Made by a program: the position numbers and the translations under genes. 32,508 nt of DNA from sequence record DRR378314_1023; one strand, 5' to 3'. The notes under the pieces were generated by a model, which had not been told where the DNA came from, did no database searches, and was given only the letters and a program-made list of their open reading frames with translations. The first letter of the stretch is position 1. Each line of letters begins with the position of its first letter. Shown piece by piece: positions 11,187 to 20,906 of the stretch.

Positions 11187-12008
11187 TTAACGCACCTTCC
11201 CTGCGGAGGCTTGGCCTAGAATATCGCGGTAAAGCGTCTCAGCGGGATAGTGAAACGGCACCGGCCCATCTGGCTCACCATGAATAAACTGGCTTACTCG
11301 GGGATCTTGGTTCGTATCTAAGGTACTTGGCGTGCCAGAGGCTACCACCTGCCCATCGGCAATGAGGTACAGATAATCCGCAATGCTGAGAGTCTCTTTG
11401 ATATCGTGCGAAACGATCACTGACGTAAGCGACAGTGCCTGATTCAGCCGTTTAATTAGCTGTACAAGCACCCCCATAGAAATGGGGTCTTGCCCGACAA
11501 AAGGTTCATCATAAAGGATTAACTCTGGGTCAAGCGCTACCGCCCGTGCCAATGCCACACGCCTTGCCATCCCCCCCGAAAGCTCAGCAGGCGACAAGTG
11601 CCTAGCCCCGCGCAAACCCACTGCCTGTAACTTAAGCAGTACTAGATCGCGTATCATAGGGTCAGGCAAGTCAGTATGCACCCGAAGCGGAAACGCTACG
11701 TTTTCAAATACATCAAGATCCGAAAACAGTGCGCCGCTCTGAAATAACATACCCATACGCTTACGCAGCGTAAACAAGGCCTTACGCGATAGGCGATGGA
11801 CATCTTGACCATCGATTAGCACTCGCCCCCGGTCAGGCGTTAATTGCCCACCAATTAGCTTTAAAAGGGTCGTCTTGCCGGTACCGCTTGGCCCCATGAT
11901 GGCCGTTACCTGGCCACGCGAAATCGTCATATTGATGCCGCGAAAAATATCATGATCACCCCGCGAGAAGTACAAATCTTCAATTTCGATGAAGGGAGCA
12001 TCGGTCAT
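11187..12008 (-). CDS. mlaF: ABC ATPase MlaF
   Basis: GPSGTGKT, LSGGMARRVALAR, YDEPFVGQDP, DGPVPFHYP; start moved to ATG 12008. Confidence 0.95.
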   Translation of the reverse strand: MTDAPFIEIEDLYFSRGDHDIFRGINMTISRGQVTAIMGPSGTGKTTLLKLIGGQLTPDRGRVLIDGQDVHRLSRKALFTLRKRMGMLFQSGALFSDLDVFENVAFPLRVHTDLPDPMIRDLVLLKLQAVGLRGARHLSPAELSGGMARRVALARAVALDPELILYDEPFVGQDPISMGVLVQLIKRLNQALSLTSVIVSHDIKETLSIADYLYLIADGQVVASGTPSTLDTNQDPRVSQFIHGEPDGPVPFHYPAETLYRDILGQASAGKVR

Positions 12009-12283
12009 GGGCTGGCTGGCCTTGATGGTCGTCTTGCCGCAGCAACAATAGTATATGCTGGCTACGCATGAGTTAGTTAAAAACAAATAATTCAAAAAAA
12101 CAGCTAGTTTAAAAGCACAGACAGTTTAAAAAACAGTGTTTTCGAAATATTATCGAACATCGTAACTGAACGCTACTCACAGTAACAGATGCGCTCATTG
12201 CAACCGCACTGAGGAGTAGGATACGCGCCTTACCTACAAACCGCGCCAAGATGTTATTCTTAGCGACCTACTTTTGACCGCTT

Positions 12284-13288
12284 ATGAAAAGAGATGCCCT
12301 CATGCGCCAGCCACTATCGACACCTAGCCCACTGCGTGAAAGTGCGCTGCGCACACTGCAAATTGAGCAAGCCGCTATCGGTGGGCTTCAGGCAAAGCTT
12401 GATGAGAGCTTTGACCACGCTTGTGAACTTATCCTTGCCTGCCAGGGCCGCGTAGTGGTAACCGGCATGGGTAAGTCCGGCCACATTGCGGGCAAGCTAG
12501 CTGCAACGTTGGCAAGCACCGGTACGCCTGCTTTTTTTGTACACCCAGGTGAAGCCAGTCACGGCGATCTCGGCATGATCACCCGCGCAGATGTTGTGCT
12601 AGCCCTCTCGAACTCTGGCGAAACCGCAGAGGTCACCGCGCTGCTTCCGCTGTTGAAACGCCTAGGAACCCCCCTTGTCAGCATGACGGGACGCCCGGGG
12701 TCCACATTAGCCAAACACGCCGATGCTCACCTTAATAGCGGCGTTGAACGCGAAGCCTGCCCTCTCGACTTAGCGCCGACTAGTTCAACCACAGCGGCAC
12801 TTGCCTTGGGCGATGCCTTAGCCGTGGCATTATTAGAAGCACGTGGCTTCACCGCGGAAGATTTTGCGCTCTCACACCCAGGTGGAAGCCTCGGCAAACG
12901 CCTACTTTTGCGTGTAAAGGATTTAATGCACAACGGATCACGCCTCCCCCAAGTAGCATTAGGCAGCCCGCTACGGGACGCACTGTTGGAAATTACTCGC
13001 CAAGGGTTGGGCTTTACCTGCGTCGTCGATAGCGAAGGACGCCTTGCCGGCGTTTATACCGACGGTGACTTACGCCGAACGCTGGATCAGTTTCATGACC
13101 TACGTGACGTCCTAGTTGATGATGTGATGACACGCCCTGGAAAACGTATCGGTCCCGATGTGTTAGCAGCTGAAGCGGTACGCATCATGGAAGACAGTCG
13201 AATCACCGCACTGGCGGTCGTGGATGATCAGCAGCGCCCCATTGGCGCGCTGCATATGCATGACTTACTTGCTAGCGGTGTCATTTAA
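12284..13288 (+). CDS. kdsD: Arabinose-5-phosphate isomerase (SIS plus two CBS domains)
   Basis: TGMGKSGH, HPGEASHGDLG, EACPLDLAPTSST, HPGG, CBS pair; start could be 12284 or 12302. Confidence 0.95.
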   Translation: MKRDALMRQPLSTPSPLRESALRTLQIEQAAIGGLQAKLDESFDHACELILACQGRVVVTGMGKSGHIAGKLAATLASTGTPAFFVHPGEASHGDLGMITRADVVLALSNSGETAEVTALLPLLKRLGTPLVSMTGRPGSTLAKHADAHLNSGVEREACPLDLAPTSSTTAALALGDALAVALLEARGFTAEDFALSHPGGSLGKRLLLRVKDLMHNGSRLPQVALGSPLRDALLEITRQGLGFTCVVDSEGRLAGVYTDGDLRRTLDQFHDLRDVLVDDVMTRPGKRIGPDVLAAEAVRIMEDSRITALAVVDDQQRPIGALHMHDLLASGVI

Positions 13289-13323
13289 TCATTCCTTTCA
13301 GACATTAATAATACGGAGGCTTC

Positions 13324-13866
13324 ATGGCCCTACCTGACGCTCTACAAGACCGGATTCGTCGCGTAAAATTGCTTGCCATTGACGTTGACGGCGTACTTAC
13401 CGATGGCCGCCTCTATTTCCAAGCTGACGGTATCGAAATCAAAGCGTTTCATACCCAAGATGGCCACGGCCTCAAACTTTTGAAGCGCGTAGGAATCCAT
13501 GTTGCCTTAATTACTGGGCGTGATTCTCCCATGGTCAGCCAACGTGCTGCGTCGCTGGGCATTACCCATGTGTATCAAGGGTGCGAGGATAAACTCTCTA
13601 CGCTACGCGCGCTTTGCCAACGCCTAGATATTACGCTTGAGCAGGTTGCTTATTGTGGTGACGACCTACCCGACCTTGCTCCAATGAAACGTTCTGGCGT
13701 AGGCATCACCGTCCCTAATGCTCCTGATTATATGCATACCCACGCTGACTGGATCACCGACCGGCTTGGTGGCCACGGCGCTGTGCGTGAAATCTGCGAC
13801 ACTTTATTGATGTCTCAAGGCCATTGGGATGCTGTTTTAGATACGTACCTACACGGCCAATCGTAA
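13324..13866 (+). CDS. kdsC: KDO 8-phosphate phosphatase
   Basis: HAD motif DVDGVLTDG, ITGR, GDDLPD, GGHGAVRE. Confidence 0.95.
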   Translation: MALPDALQDRIRRVKLLAIDVDGVLTDGRLYFQADGIEIKAFHTQDGHGLKLLKRVGIHVALITGRDSPMVSQRAASLGITHVYQGCEDKLSTLRALCQRLDITLEQVAYCGDDLPDLAPMKRSGVGITVPNAPDYMHTHADWITDRLGGHGAVREICDTLLMSQGHWDAVLDTYLHGQS

Positions 13867-14438
13867 TGCGCTTTTGGGTTAAAAAACGCATTTGGATAAC
13901 CATCATGGTGCTTGCCTTAGGTGGCATACTGGTATGGTTGGATCCACGCGGCCCTCAAGACCAATCAATCGACGCTGAGGCTCGCGCTCAAGAGCCCGGC
14001 CATGTATTAGAGAATGCAGAAATCACTCTGTTTGGTGACACCGGTGCCATCCAGCAGTCGCTGACGACGCCGCGCTTAGTCCATACCCCTCAAACGGCGA
14101 TGACAGATGTCTTCTCCCCCAGGGCAACACTATTCGATAGCGAAGAGCGTCAATGGCTAGCGACGGCGGAGACCGGCACCCTAAATACTGACACACAGGT
14201 GCTCACGCTAGCTGGCTCAGCACAATTACTTGCACCCGACGAGGGCTGGCAGCTGAATACAGAGTTATTACATTATGATGGCACCACCCGTCATGCTTGG
14301 AGCGATGCCGAAACCATACTTCAGCAACCGCCCCAGCGCATTGGCGCTTCACGCATGGATGTATGGCTGGATGATAGCCAGATCCGCTTAACCAATAACG
14401 TGCGCGGCGTTCACCCGCCTGCCACTCGTTCTCAGTAG
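13866..14438 (+). CDS. lptC: LPS export protein LptC
   Basis: N-terminal TM then beta-rich domain; between kdsC and lptA; TAATG overlap with the kdsC stop. Confidence 0.85.
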   Translation: MRFWVKKRIWITIMVLALGGILVWLDPRGPQDQSIDAEARAQEPGHVLENAEITLFGDTGAIQQSLTTPRLVHTPQTAMTDVFSPRATLFDSEERQWLATAETGTLNTDTQVLTLAGSAQLLAPDEGWQLNTELLHYDGTTRHAWSDAETILQQPPQRIGASRMDVWLDDSQIRLTNNVRGVHPPATRSQ

Positions 14439-14446
14439 GAGTCGCG

Positions 14447-14950
14447 ATGAACGCTCTTATTCGCACGGCACTCTTCGTCATTGCACTACCCATTTCAACG
14501 GCAGCGCTACCGGTCATGGCACAAAGCCAAGCCCCCGTAGAAGTAGAGGCTGACCGTTTAGATCTCGATCAACGCGCAGGCACTGCTGTGTATTCAGGCA
14601 ACGTCGATATTCGGCAGGGCAATATGCAACTACGCGGAGATCGCGTTGAGATTCAGCGCAACGATGCTGGCGAGCTATCGCGCGCCGTTGCAACCGGTGG
14701 ACGAGCCTATATACGCAACCAGCTCGAAGACCAAGCCAGCCCAATGGAAGGCTGGGCAAAGCGCATTATTTATCATGTTGCCGAGCGTCGGGTAGAGCTC
14801 ATTGACCAAGCGGAACTGACCCAGCAAGCAGATCGCTTTGAAGGTGGACGCTTAGAGTATTTTATCGACCAAGGTGTGGTTCAGGCGCGTTCTGATGTTA
14901 GTGGTAGTGAACCACAACGTATCCGCATGACTCTTCAGCCGGAACAATAG
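14447..14950 (+). CDS. lptA: LPS transport periplasmic protein LptA
   Basis: Signal peptide, VEVEAD..AVYSGNVDIRQG, RIRMTLQP; AGGAG RBS. Confidence 0.92.
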   Translation: MNALIRTALFVIALPISTAALPVMAQSQAPVEVEADRLDLDQRAGTAVYSGNVDIRQGNMQLRGDRVEIQRNDAGELSRAVATGGRAYIRNQLEDQASPMEGWAKRIIYHVAERRVELIDQAELTQQADRFEGGRLEYFIDQGVVQARSDVSGSEPQRIRMTLQPEQ

Positions 14951-14959
14951 GAGTGTCCA

Positions 14960-15742
14960 GTGGCGACAAATAACGCAGAGCCTGCACCTCAAACCACAGC
15001 CTCAGAATCAGCGCCGATAAAAACCCTTTATGCTCGCCACCTAGCCAAAAGCTATAAACGCCGCCGTGTCGTTAAAGATATTAACCTAGAGATATCTCAA
15101 GGCAGCGTGGTAGGGCTGCTAGGCCCCAATGGCGCTGGCAAAACGACATCGTTTTATATGATTGTCGGCTTGGTAAAGTCTGATGCGGGAAAGGTTGGCA
15201 TTGACGAGCTTGATTTAACCCATGCCCCCATGCACGAACGTGCAATGGCAGGCATTGGCTATTTGCCTCAGGAAGCCTCTATTTTTCGCAAACTTTCCGT
15301 CGCCGACAACATAATGGCAATCCTGGAAACTCGCAAAGAACTCGATCGTAGCGCCCGGGAGCAGCGCCTTGAGTCGCTACTCGAAGATTTTCACATCACC
15401 CACATTCGTGACAACTTCGGCATGAGTCTTTCGGGCGGAGAGCGTAGACGTGTTGAGATCGCACGCTCCCTCGCGACAGAGCCTGCCTTTATTCTGCTTG
15501 ATGAGCCGTTTGCCGGCGTTGACCCGATCTCAGTGGGTGATATTAAAACGATCATTCGAGCCCTCAAAAAACGCCATATCGGCGTGCTGATCACTGATCA
15601 TAACGTCAGGGAAACACTAGATATTTGCGATATTGCCTACATTGTAGGTGACGGTCATATCATCGCCAGTGGCCCCCCTCAGGAAATCCTCAACAACCAG
15701 CGGGTAAGAGACGTTTATTTGGGGGCTGATTTCCGCCTGTAA
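14960..15742 (+). CDS. lptB: LPS export ABC ATPase LptB
   Basis: [49 protein letters not shown] start with AGGAG RBS. Confidence 0.97.
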   Translation: MATNNAEPAPQTTASESAPIKTLYARHLAKSYKRRRVVKDINLEISQGSVVGLLGPNGAGKTTSFYMIVGLVKSDAGKVGIDELDLTHAPMHERAMAGIGYLPQEASIFRKLSVADNIMAILETRKELDRSAREQRLESLLEDFHITHIRDNFGMSLSGGERRRVEIARSLATEPAFILLDEPFAGVDPISVGDIKTIIRALKKRHIGVLITDHNVRETLDICDIAYIVGDGHIIASGPPQEILNNQRVRDVYLGADFRL

Positions 15743-15771
15743 ACAGCCACCTGCAAAAAAAATAGTAGTGG

Positions 15772-15787
15772 TGGCATAGTTATTGCA
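15772..15787 (+). promoter_or_regulatory. sigma54 -24/-12 site upstream of rpoN
   Basis: TGGCAT-AGTTA-TTGCA matches TGGCAC-N5-TTGCW with exact spacing, 60 nt before the rpoN start. Confidence 0.75.
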
Positions 15788-15847
15788 CTTGCACCAAGCC
15801 ATAACTCGCACTAGGGTGGAGCTTTCTGATTAACGAGTGGTTCTCAG

Positions 15848-17263
15848 ATGGTCATGAAAGCTTCTCTTCAATTGCGTATCGGTACACAGCTGACCATGAC
15901 ACCTCAGCTGCAGCAGGCTATCGCCCTGTTACAGCTATCAACGCTGGACCTCCGTCAAGAAATTCAGCAAGCACTTGATGCCAATCCAATGCTTGAGCAG
16001 GAAGATGAGTTCGGCGAACAGGCCGTTAGTGAACCCCAGGAAGCTGAATGGTCCGAAAGCATTCCTAATGAACTCTCTACTGACAGTGACTGGTCAGACA
16101 CTTATCAAGACCTAGGCAGCCATGGCACCAGCAGCGAGGGGCCTGACTTTGAGCGTCAAGCCGCGGGTCAAAGTTTGCATGGCCACTTACTTTGGCAACT
16201 CGCCATGACAGATTTTTCACCACGCGACCATGCCATTGCTGAAAGCCTCATCGATGCACTGGATGCCAACGGCTACCTAACCCAGCCGCTCAATGACATT
16301 CGCGAAGGACTTAAAGCCCAAGGGCATGAAGGCCTTAGCCAGCGTGAAGTTGAAACAACCTTGCTGCGCCTTCAACAGTTTGAGCCCACCGGTGTATTTG
16401 CGCGCGACCTGCGGGAGTGCTTAATGCTGCAGCTCGCCTCACTACCCGAAGATACACCGCTGCTGATGCCTGCCAAGCGGCTAGTGCGTCAATTTCTTGA
16501 AGCGCTCGGTAAGGATGATGTGCGTTTGCTAAAGCGGCGGTTAAGCCTGGATGATGAGCAGCTTGATGACGTCATTCGCTTGATCCGCAGCCTTGATCCT
16601 CGCCCAGGAAGTGCCTTTGGCGACACAGATGACAGCTATGTAACGCCAGATTTAGTCGTCCGCCATGACCACGAAGGATGGCACCTGGAGCTAAACCCAG
16701 AGGCACTGCCGCGCTTGCGTATTCAACCTGACTACGCAAGCCTCATCAAACGGGCTGACAAGAGCCAAGATAACCAGTTTTTAAAAGAGCATCTCCAGGA
16801 AGCGCGCTGGCTCATCAAGAGCCTTTCAAGTCGAAATGATACGCTACTGCGGGTGGGCCGAGAAATCATAGCGCGCCAAATAGGCTTTCTGGAACACGGT
16901 GAAGAAGCCATGAAACCGCTGATTTTAGCCGACATCGCAGACGCCGTTGAAATGCATGAATCTACTATTTCCAGGGTCACCACCCAGAAATATATCCATA
17001 CCCCGCGCGGTGTGTTCGAACTCAAATACTTCTTTTCCAGCCAAGTAAGTGGCCAGGACGGCGGCGACAGTCATTCCAGTACCGCCATCCGGGCTCGAAT
17101 CAAAAAACTGGTGCAAGATGAACCGCCCGGCAAACCGCTCTCAGACAGCCGCCTCGTGGCGCTATTGGAAGAGGGTGGCATTAATGTAGCAAGGCGAACG
17201 GTGGCCAAATATCGCGAGTCGATGGGCATTCCCTCTTCAAGCGAGCGCCGCCGTTTACGCTAA
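15848..17263 (+). CDS. rpoN: RNA polymerase sigma-54 factor
   Basis: MTPQLQQAI region I, HESTISRVT helix-turn-helix, RpoN box ARRTVAKYRE; start could be 15854. Confidence 0.98.
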   Translation: MVMKASLQLRIGTQLTMTPQLQQAIALLQLSTLDLRQEIQQALDANPMLEQEDEFGEQAVSEPQEAEWSESIPNELSTDSDWSDTYQDLGSHGTSSEGPDFERQAAGQSLHGHLLWQLAMTDFSPRDHAIAESLIDALDANGYLTQPLNDIREGLKAQGHEGLSQREVETTLLRLQQFEPTGVFARDLRECLMLQLASLPEDTPLLMPAKRLVRQFLEALGKDDVRLLKRRLSLDDEQLDDVIRLIRSLDPRPGSAFGDTDDSYVTPDLVVRHDHEGWHLELNPEALPRLRIQPDYASLIKRADKSQDNQFLKEHLQEARWLIKSLSSRNDTLLRVGREIIARQIGFLEHGEEAMKPLILADIADAVEMHESTISRVTTQKYIHTPRGVFELKYFFSSQVSGQDGGDSHSSTAIRARIKKLVQDEPPGKPLSDSRLVALLEEGGINVARRTVAKYRESMGIPSSSERRRLR

Positions 17264-17300
17264 TAAAACAGTGCTAACGAGACAAAGTCTGTCTAGGGGC

Positions 17301-17328
17301 TTTGCAATAGCGCAAAAAGGGTTACAAT
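17301..17328 (+). promoter_or_regulatory. Possible internal sigma70-type promoter for hpf
   Basis: TTGCAA...TACAAT with a short 15-16 nt spacer, 33 nt before the hpf ATG. Confidence 0.35.
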
Positions 17329-17361
17329 CGAAGAACAGTCCGATGGATAAGGAGCACGTCA

Positions 17362-17670
17362 ATGCAAGTAAATATCACTGGTCATCACGTAGATCTGACT
17401 GACGCCTTGCGTGACTATGTAAATGAGAAGCTGGAACGCGTTGAGCGCCATTATGACAACATCACCACCGTACAAGTAACCTTATCTGTTGAAAAGGAGC
17501 GTCAGCAAGCTGCCTGCACCCTGCATGCTGCAGGAGCCGATCTACATGCAGAAGCATTAGACAATGATATGTATGCTGCGATTGATGCACTAGCGGACAA
17601 AATTGACCGTCAACTCGTTAAACACAAGGAAAAAGCACAAGCTCGCGCCCAAGGCGCTGGCGTGCGTTAA
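17362..17670 (+). CDS. hpf: Ribosome hibernation promoting factor (short HPF)
   Basis: MQVNITGHHVDLTDALRDYV, DMYAAID..DKIDRQL.KHKEK; AAGGAG RBS. Confidence 0.96.
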   Translation: MQVNITGHHVDLTDALRDYVNEKLERVERHYDNITTVQVTLSVEKERQQAACTLHAAGADLHAEALDNDMYAAIDALADKIDRQLVKHKEKAQARAQGAGVR

Positions 17671-17674
17671 CTCA

Positions 17675-18145
17675 ATGACGTTGGAAACCATACTTCCCCC
17701 GGAGCGCGTGCTGTATGACGTCCCCGGGGGCAGCAAAAAAAGGGTGCTGGAATTTTTCAGCACCTTTATTGCGCAAAACACGCCAAGCCTAGATAGCCAA
17801 GAAGTCTTCAGCCGCCTGATTGGTCGTGAGCGTTTGGGTAGCACTGGAATAGGCAACGGCGTTGCCATTCCTCACGCCCGTAGCCCTCACTGCAGCTCGC
17901 CTATCGCTGGTTTTTTAAAGTTAGCCGAGCCTGTAGATTTCGATGCTATTGATGGCGATCCCGTCGACCTTGTTTTCGTACTTTTAGTACCCGAAGAGGC
18001 GGACGACACGCACTTAGCCTTATTAGGGCAAGTGGCGTCTATCATGAACAGCGTTGACACACGTCAGCAGCTTCGTAGAGCGGCTAGCCAACGTGAGCTA
18101 TTGGACCTTATAACAGCAAAAATTCGTGAACAGCCTGTTAGCTAA
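17675..18145 (+). CDS. ptsN: PTS EIIA-Ntr
   Basis: SKKRVLE, RERLGSTGIGNGVAIPHAR (phospho-His), FDAIDGDPVDL; start moved to ATG 17675. Confidence 0.95.
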   Translation: MTLETILPPERVLYDVPGGSKKRVLEFFSTFIAQNTPSLDSQEVFSRLIGRERLGSTGIGNGVAIPHARSPHCSSPIAGFLKLAEPVDFDAIDGDPVDLVFVLLVPEEADDTHLALLGQVASIMNSVDTRQQLRRAASQRELLDLITAKIREQPVS

Positions 18146-18219
18146 AGGGTCCACCGCTAGACACTGCCTACTAGCCCAACGTTTACCTCCATTTTTATTG
18201 GCATGCCAAGAGAAACTCT

Positions 18220-19134
18220 ATGCAATTGGTGATCATTAGCGGCCGTTCAGGGTCCGGTAAATCTATCGCCTTACAAGCGTTAGAAGATCTTGGCTATTGT
18301 GCCATCGATAACCTGCCCGCCATGCTACTCAGCTCCCTGGTGGATGAGCTTCGTGAGCAAGGGGCACGCCCCCAACTAGCGGTAAGTATCGATGCGCGCA
18401 ATTTACCTGCTGCATTAAAGCAACTGCCAAAAATGCTTGAATCTTTGCGCCAGAAAAGCATTCACTTCCAGGTTATCTATCTAACCACCGATGCGCGAAT
18501 TCTTCTTGAGCGATACTCAGCCACGCGTCGTCGCCACCCTCTTACGCGTGATAGTGACATGACGCTTGAAGAGGCCATCAATAAAGAAGAAGAAACCCTG
18601 CTCGACATCCGTGATCTGGCTGACCTGATGATCGACACATCGCGTCTGTCGGTTCATGACCTGCGCCGCCGGATAACGGATCAGGTTGCCCAACAGCGTG
18701 AAGATAGATTAACGCTGACACTAGAGTCATTTGGCTATAAACGGGGCGTCCCACTTGACGCAGATCTCGTCTTTGACGTGCGCTGCCTACCAAATCCGTA
18801 CTGGGATCCTACACTGCGCCAATACACTGGCCGTGATGCCAATATCATCCACTTTCTGAAGGGATATCCTGTCGTAGAAGAAATGCGCAATGATATCCAG
18901 ACATGGCTGGAAAAGTGGCTACCCGCTTACCAAAATAGCCAACGCAGTTATATGACGATTGCGATTGGCTGTACCGGCGGGCAGCACCGCTCTGTCTTTA
19001 TGGTGGAACAACTGGCGCAAATGCTGGTAAAACAAGCGGGAGAGGTTCAACTCCGTCATCGTGAGCTAGGCCTGCAGTACACCCTCAGTGAGCAGCAGCC
19101 CTCCACATCCGCGCCTTCAACAGACGCGCAATAA
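18220..19134 (+). CDS. rapZ: RNase adapter RapZ (YhbJ)
   Basis: GRSGSGKS, IDNLP, TRRRHPL, SFGYK, FDVRCLPNPYW, IGCTGGQHRS. Confidence 0.96.
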   Translation: MQLVIISGRSGSGKSIALQALEDLGYCAIDNLPAMLLSSLVDELREQGARPQLAVSIDARNLPAALKQLPKMLESLRQKSIHFQVIYLTTDARILLERYSATRRRHPLTRDSDMTLEEAINKEEETLLDIRDLADLMIDTSRLSVHDLRRRITDQVAQQREDRLTLTLESFGYKRGVPLDADLVFDVRCLPNPYWDPTLRQYTGRDANIIHFLKGYPVVEEMRNDIQTWLEKWLPAYQNSQRSYMTIAIGCTGGQHRSVFMVEQLAQMLVKQAGEVQLRHRELGLQYTLSEQQPSTSAPSTDAQ

Positions 19135-19179
19135 GCAACGCCTTTTCTTCACGACCCCACTCGGCTAAAAGGAACCAGA

Positions 19180-19449
19180 GTGCCAGAAAGAACCTTAACA
19201 CTCACTAATCAGCGCGGCCTTCATGCTCGCGCAGCGACAAAACTCGTCAAGTGTGGCCAACAATTTTCGGCCAACATTCACGTTTACAAACAACAACAAA
19301 TGGCAGATGCGGCCAACATTATGTCGTTATTGATGCTGGCCGCCCCTTGTGGCACTGAACTTAGAGTTCATGCGGAAGGCGACGACGCCGAACAAGCGCT
19401 AGAGGCCATTGAAGCGCTGTTCGACGCACGTTTTGACGAAGAGCACTAA
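19180..19449 (+). CDS. npr: HPr-family phosphocarrier NPr
   Basis: NQRGLHARAA (His15); last gene of the rpoN cluster; GTG start. Confidence 0.9.
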   Translation: MPERTLTLTNQRGLHARAATKLVKCGQQFSANIHVYKQQQMADAANIMSLLMLAAPCGTELRVHAEGDDAEQALEAIEALFDARFDEEH

Positions 19450-19479
19450 CATCAGTAAAACAGCGTCAGCCAACGTGCT

Positions 19480-19500
19480 AACTGAGCTGTTAGCTCAGTT
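19480..19500. terminator. Hairpin between convergent npr and pmbA
   Basis: AACTGAGCT-gtt-AGCTCAGTT perfect 9-bp stem. Confidence 0.55.
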
Positions 19501-19501
19501 G

Positions 19502-20842
19502 TTAGTTACCAGCGACGGTCATTGCATCAATTAGCCAGCTACCCGTGTGAATACTGCCACGGGTATCGATGTCATCACCGACGGCGACCAAGCCAGCAAA
19601 CATGCTATTCAAATTACTGGCAATAGTGAATTCTTCGATAGGGTGCTGTATTTCGCCATTTTCTACCCAGAAGCCTGCCGCGCCTCGCGAATAGTCGCCA
19701 GTCACGCCGTTAACCCCCTGCCCCATTAGCTCAGTCACCCAAATGCCACGCCCCATCTGCTTCAGCAAATCATCTCGGGGCGTCAGCGGCGCTAACAAAC
19801 GTAAATTGCGTGCCCCACCTGCATTACCTGTCGATTGCATGCCTAAACGCCGCGCACTGTAAGCAGACAGCATATAGCTGGCCACACTACCCTGATCAAT
19901 AAAGCGATTGTTGCGAGTCTGAACGCCTTCAGCATCAAACGGCGAGCTAGCCGTCGCCCCCACCTCCATAGGCCGTTCTTCCAAACCAAACCAGCTCGGG
20001 AATAGCGGGCTACCTAAACGATCACATAAGAAAGAGGATTCGCGATAAAGCGCCCCACCTGCCAACGCCCCCATCAAGTGACCTACCAAGCCGCTGGAAA
20101 GTGACGGGTCGAACAGCACAGGGAAGGTGCCTGTTGGCGGCCGTCGAGCGCCTAACCGACGTAGCGTGCGTGATGCCGCTTCGCGGCCAACCTCCGCAGG
20201 ATCTCGAAGCATGGCAGGATTACGAGCCGAGGTATAATCGTAATCGCGCTGCATGCCCTTCTCATCCTGTGCAATCAGCATGCAGGAAAGTGAATGGCTG
20301 CTGCCTTTCTGGGTGCCGAGGAAACCGTGGCTGTTAGCGTAAACTCGCACTCCTTCACCACTGGATAGCGAAGCGCCTTCCGACTGATGAATTCCCGCTA
20401 CATCACGCCCCGCTTGCTCACATGCCAGCGCCAAATCGATTGCTTCATCGGTCGTCAACGCCCAGGGATAATGCACTTTAAGGTCAGGTAGGTCAGTTGC
20501 CATTAGCGACGCATCTGCTAACCCTGCGGCAGGGTCCTCCCCCGTATAACGGGCAATTGCCAGGGCTTTCTCTACCGTGGCTTTAATTGACGCGCTGCTG
20601 GCATCGGTAGACGAGGCGCTGCCCTTGCGCTGCCCAACATATAGCGTAATGGCAATCCCTTGATCACGTGAAAGCTCAACAGTTTCAACTTCACCAAGAC
20701 GCACGCTTATCCCAAGACCTTGATCTACACTAGCGCCTACCTCAGCAGCATCTGCGCCTAATTTTTTTGCCAGCGCAAGCGCCTCTTCAGCACGCTGGGT
20801 TAACAGTACCTGCTGGGCCGCTGCATCAAATGCTTGTGCCAT
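19502..20842 (-). CDS. pmbA: Metalloprotease subunit PmbA/TldE
   Basis: MQRDYDY, FDAEGV, GQGVNGVTGDYSRGAAGFWVENGEI; start moved to ATG 20842 with AAGGAGG RBS. Confidence 0.95.
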   Translation of the reverse strand: MAQAFDAAAQQVLLTQRAEEALALAKKLGADAAEVGASVDQGLGISVRLGEVETVELSRDQGIAITLYVGQRKGSASSTDASSASIKATVEKALAIARYTGEDPAAGLADASLMATDLPDLKVHYPWALTTDEAIDLALACEQAGRDVAGIHQSEGASLSSGEGVRVYANSHGFLGTQKGSSHSLSCMLIAQDEKGMQRDYDYTSARNPAMLRDPAEVGREAASRTLRRLGARRPPTGTFPVLFDPSLSSGLVGHLMGALAGGALYRESSFLCDRLGSPLFPSWFGLEERPMEVGATASSPFDAEGVQTRNNRFIDQGSVASYMLSAYSARRLGMQSTGNAGGARNLRLLAPLTPRDDLLKQMGRGIWVTELMGQGVNGVTGDYSRGAAGFWVENGEIQHPIEEFTIASNLNSMFAGLVAVGDDIDTRGSIHTGSWLIDAMTVAGN

Positions 20843-20897
20843 TTTGGCCTCCTTTTCGCCTGAATCGCATTGGCGGATCAATGTTGTGGTCGCAGCC

Positions 20898-20906
20898 TGA
20901 TATAAT
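20898..20906 (+). promoter_or_regulatory. Extended -10 promoter for darP
   Basis: TG-a-TATAAT, a perfect extended -10, in the pmbA/darP divergent gap. Confidence 0.6.
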
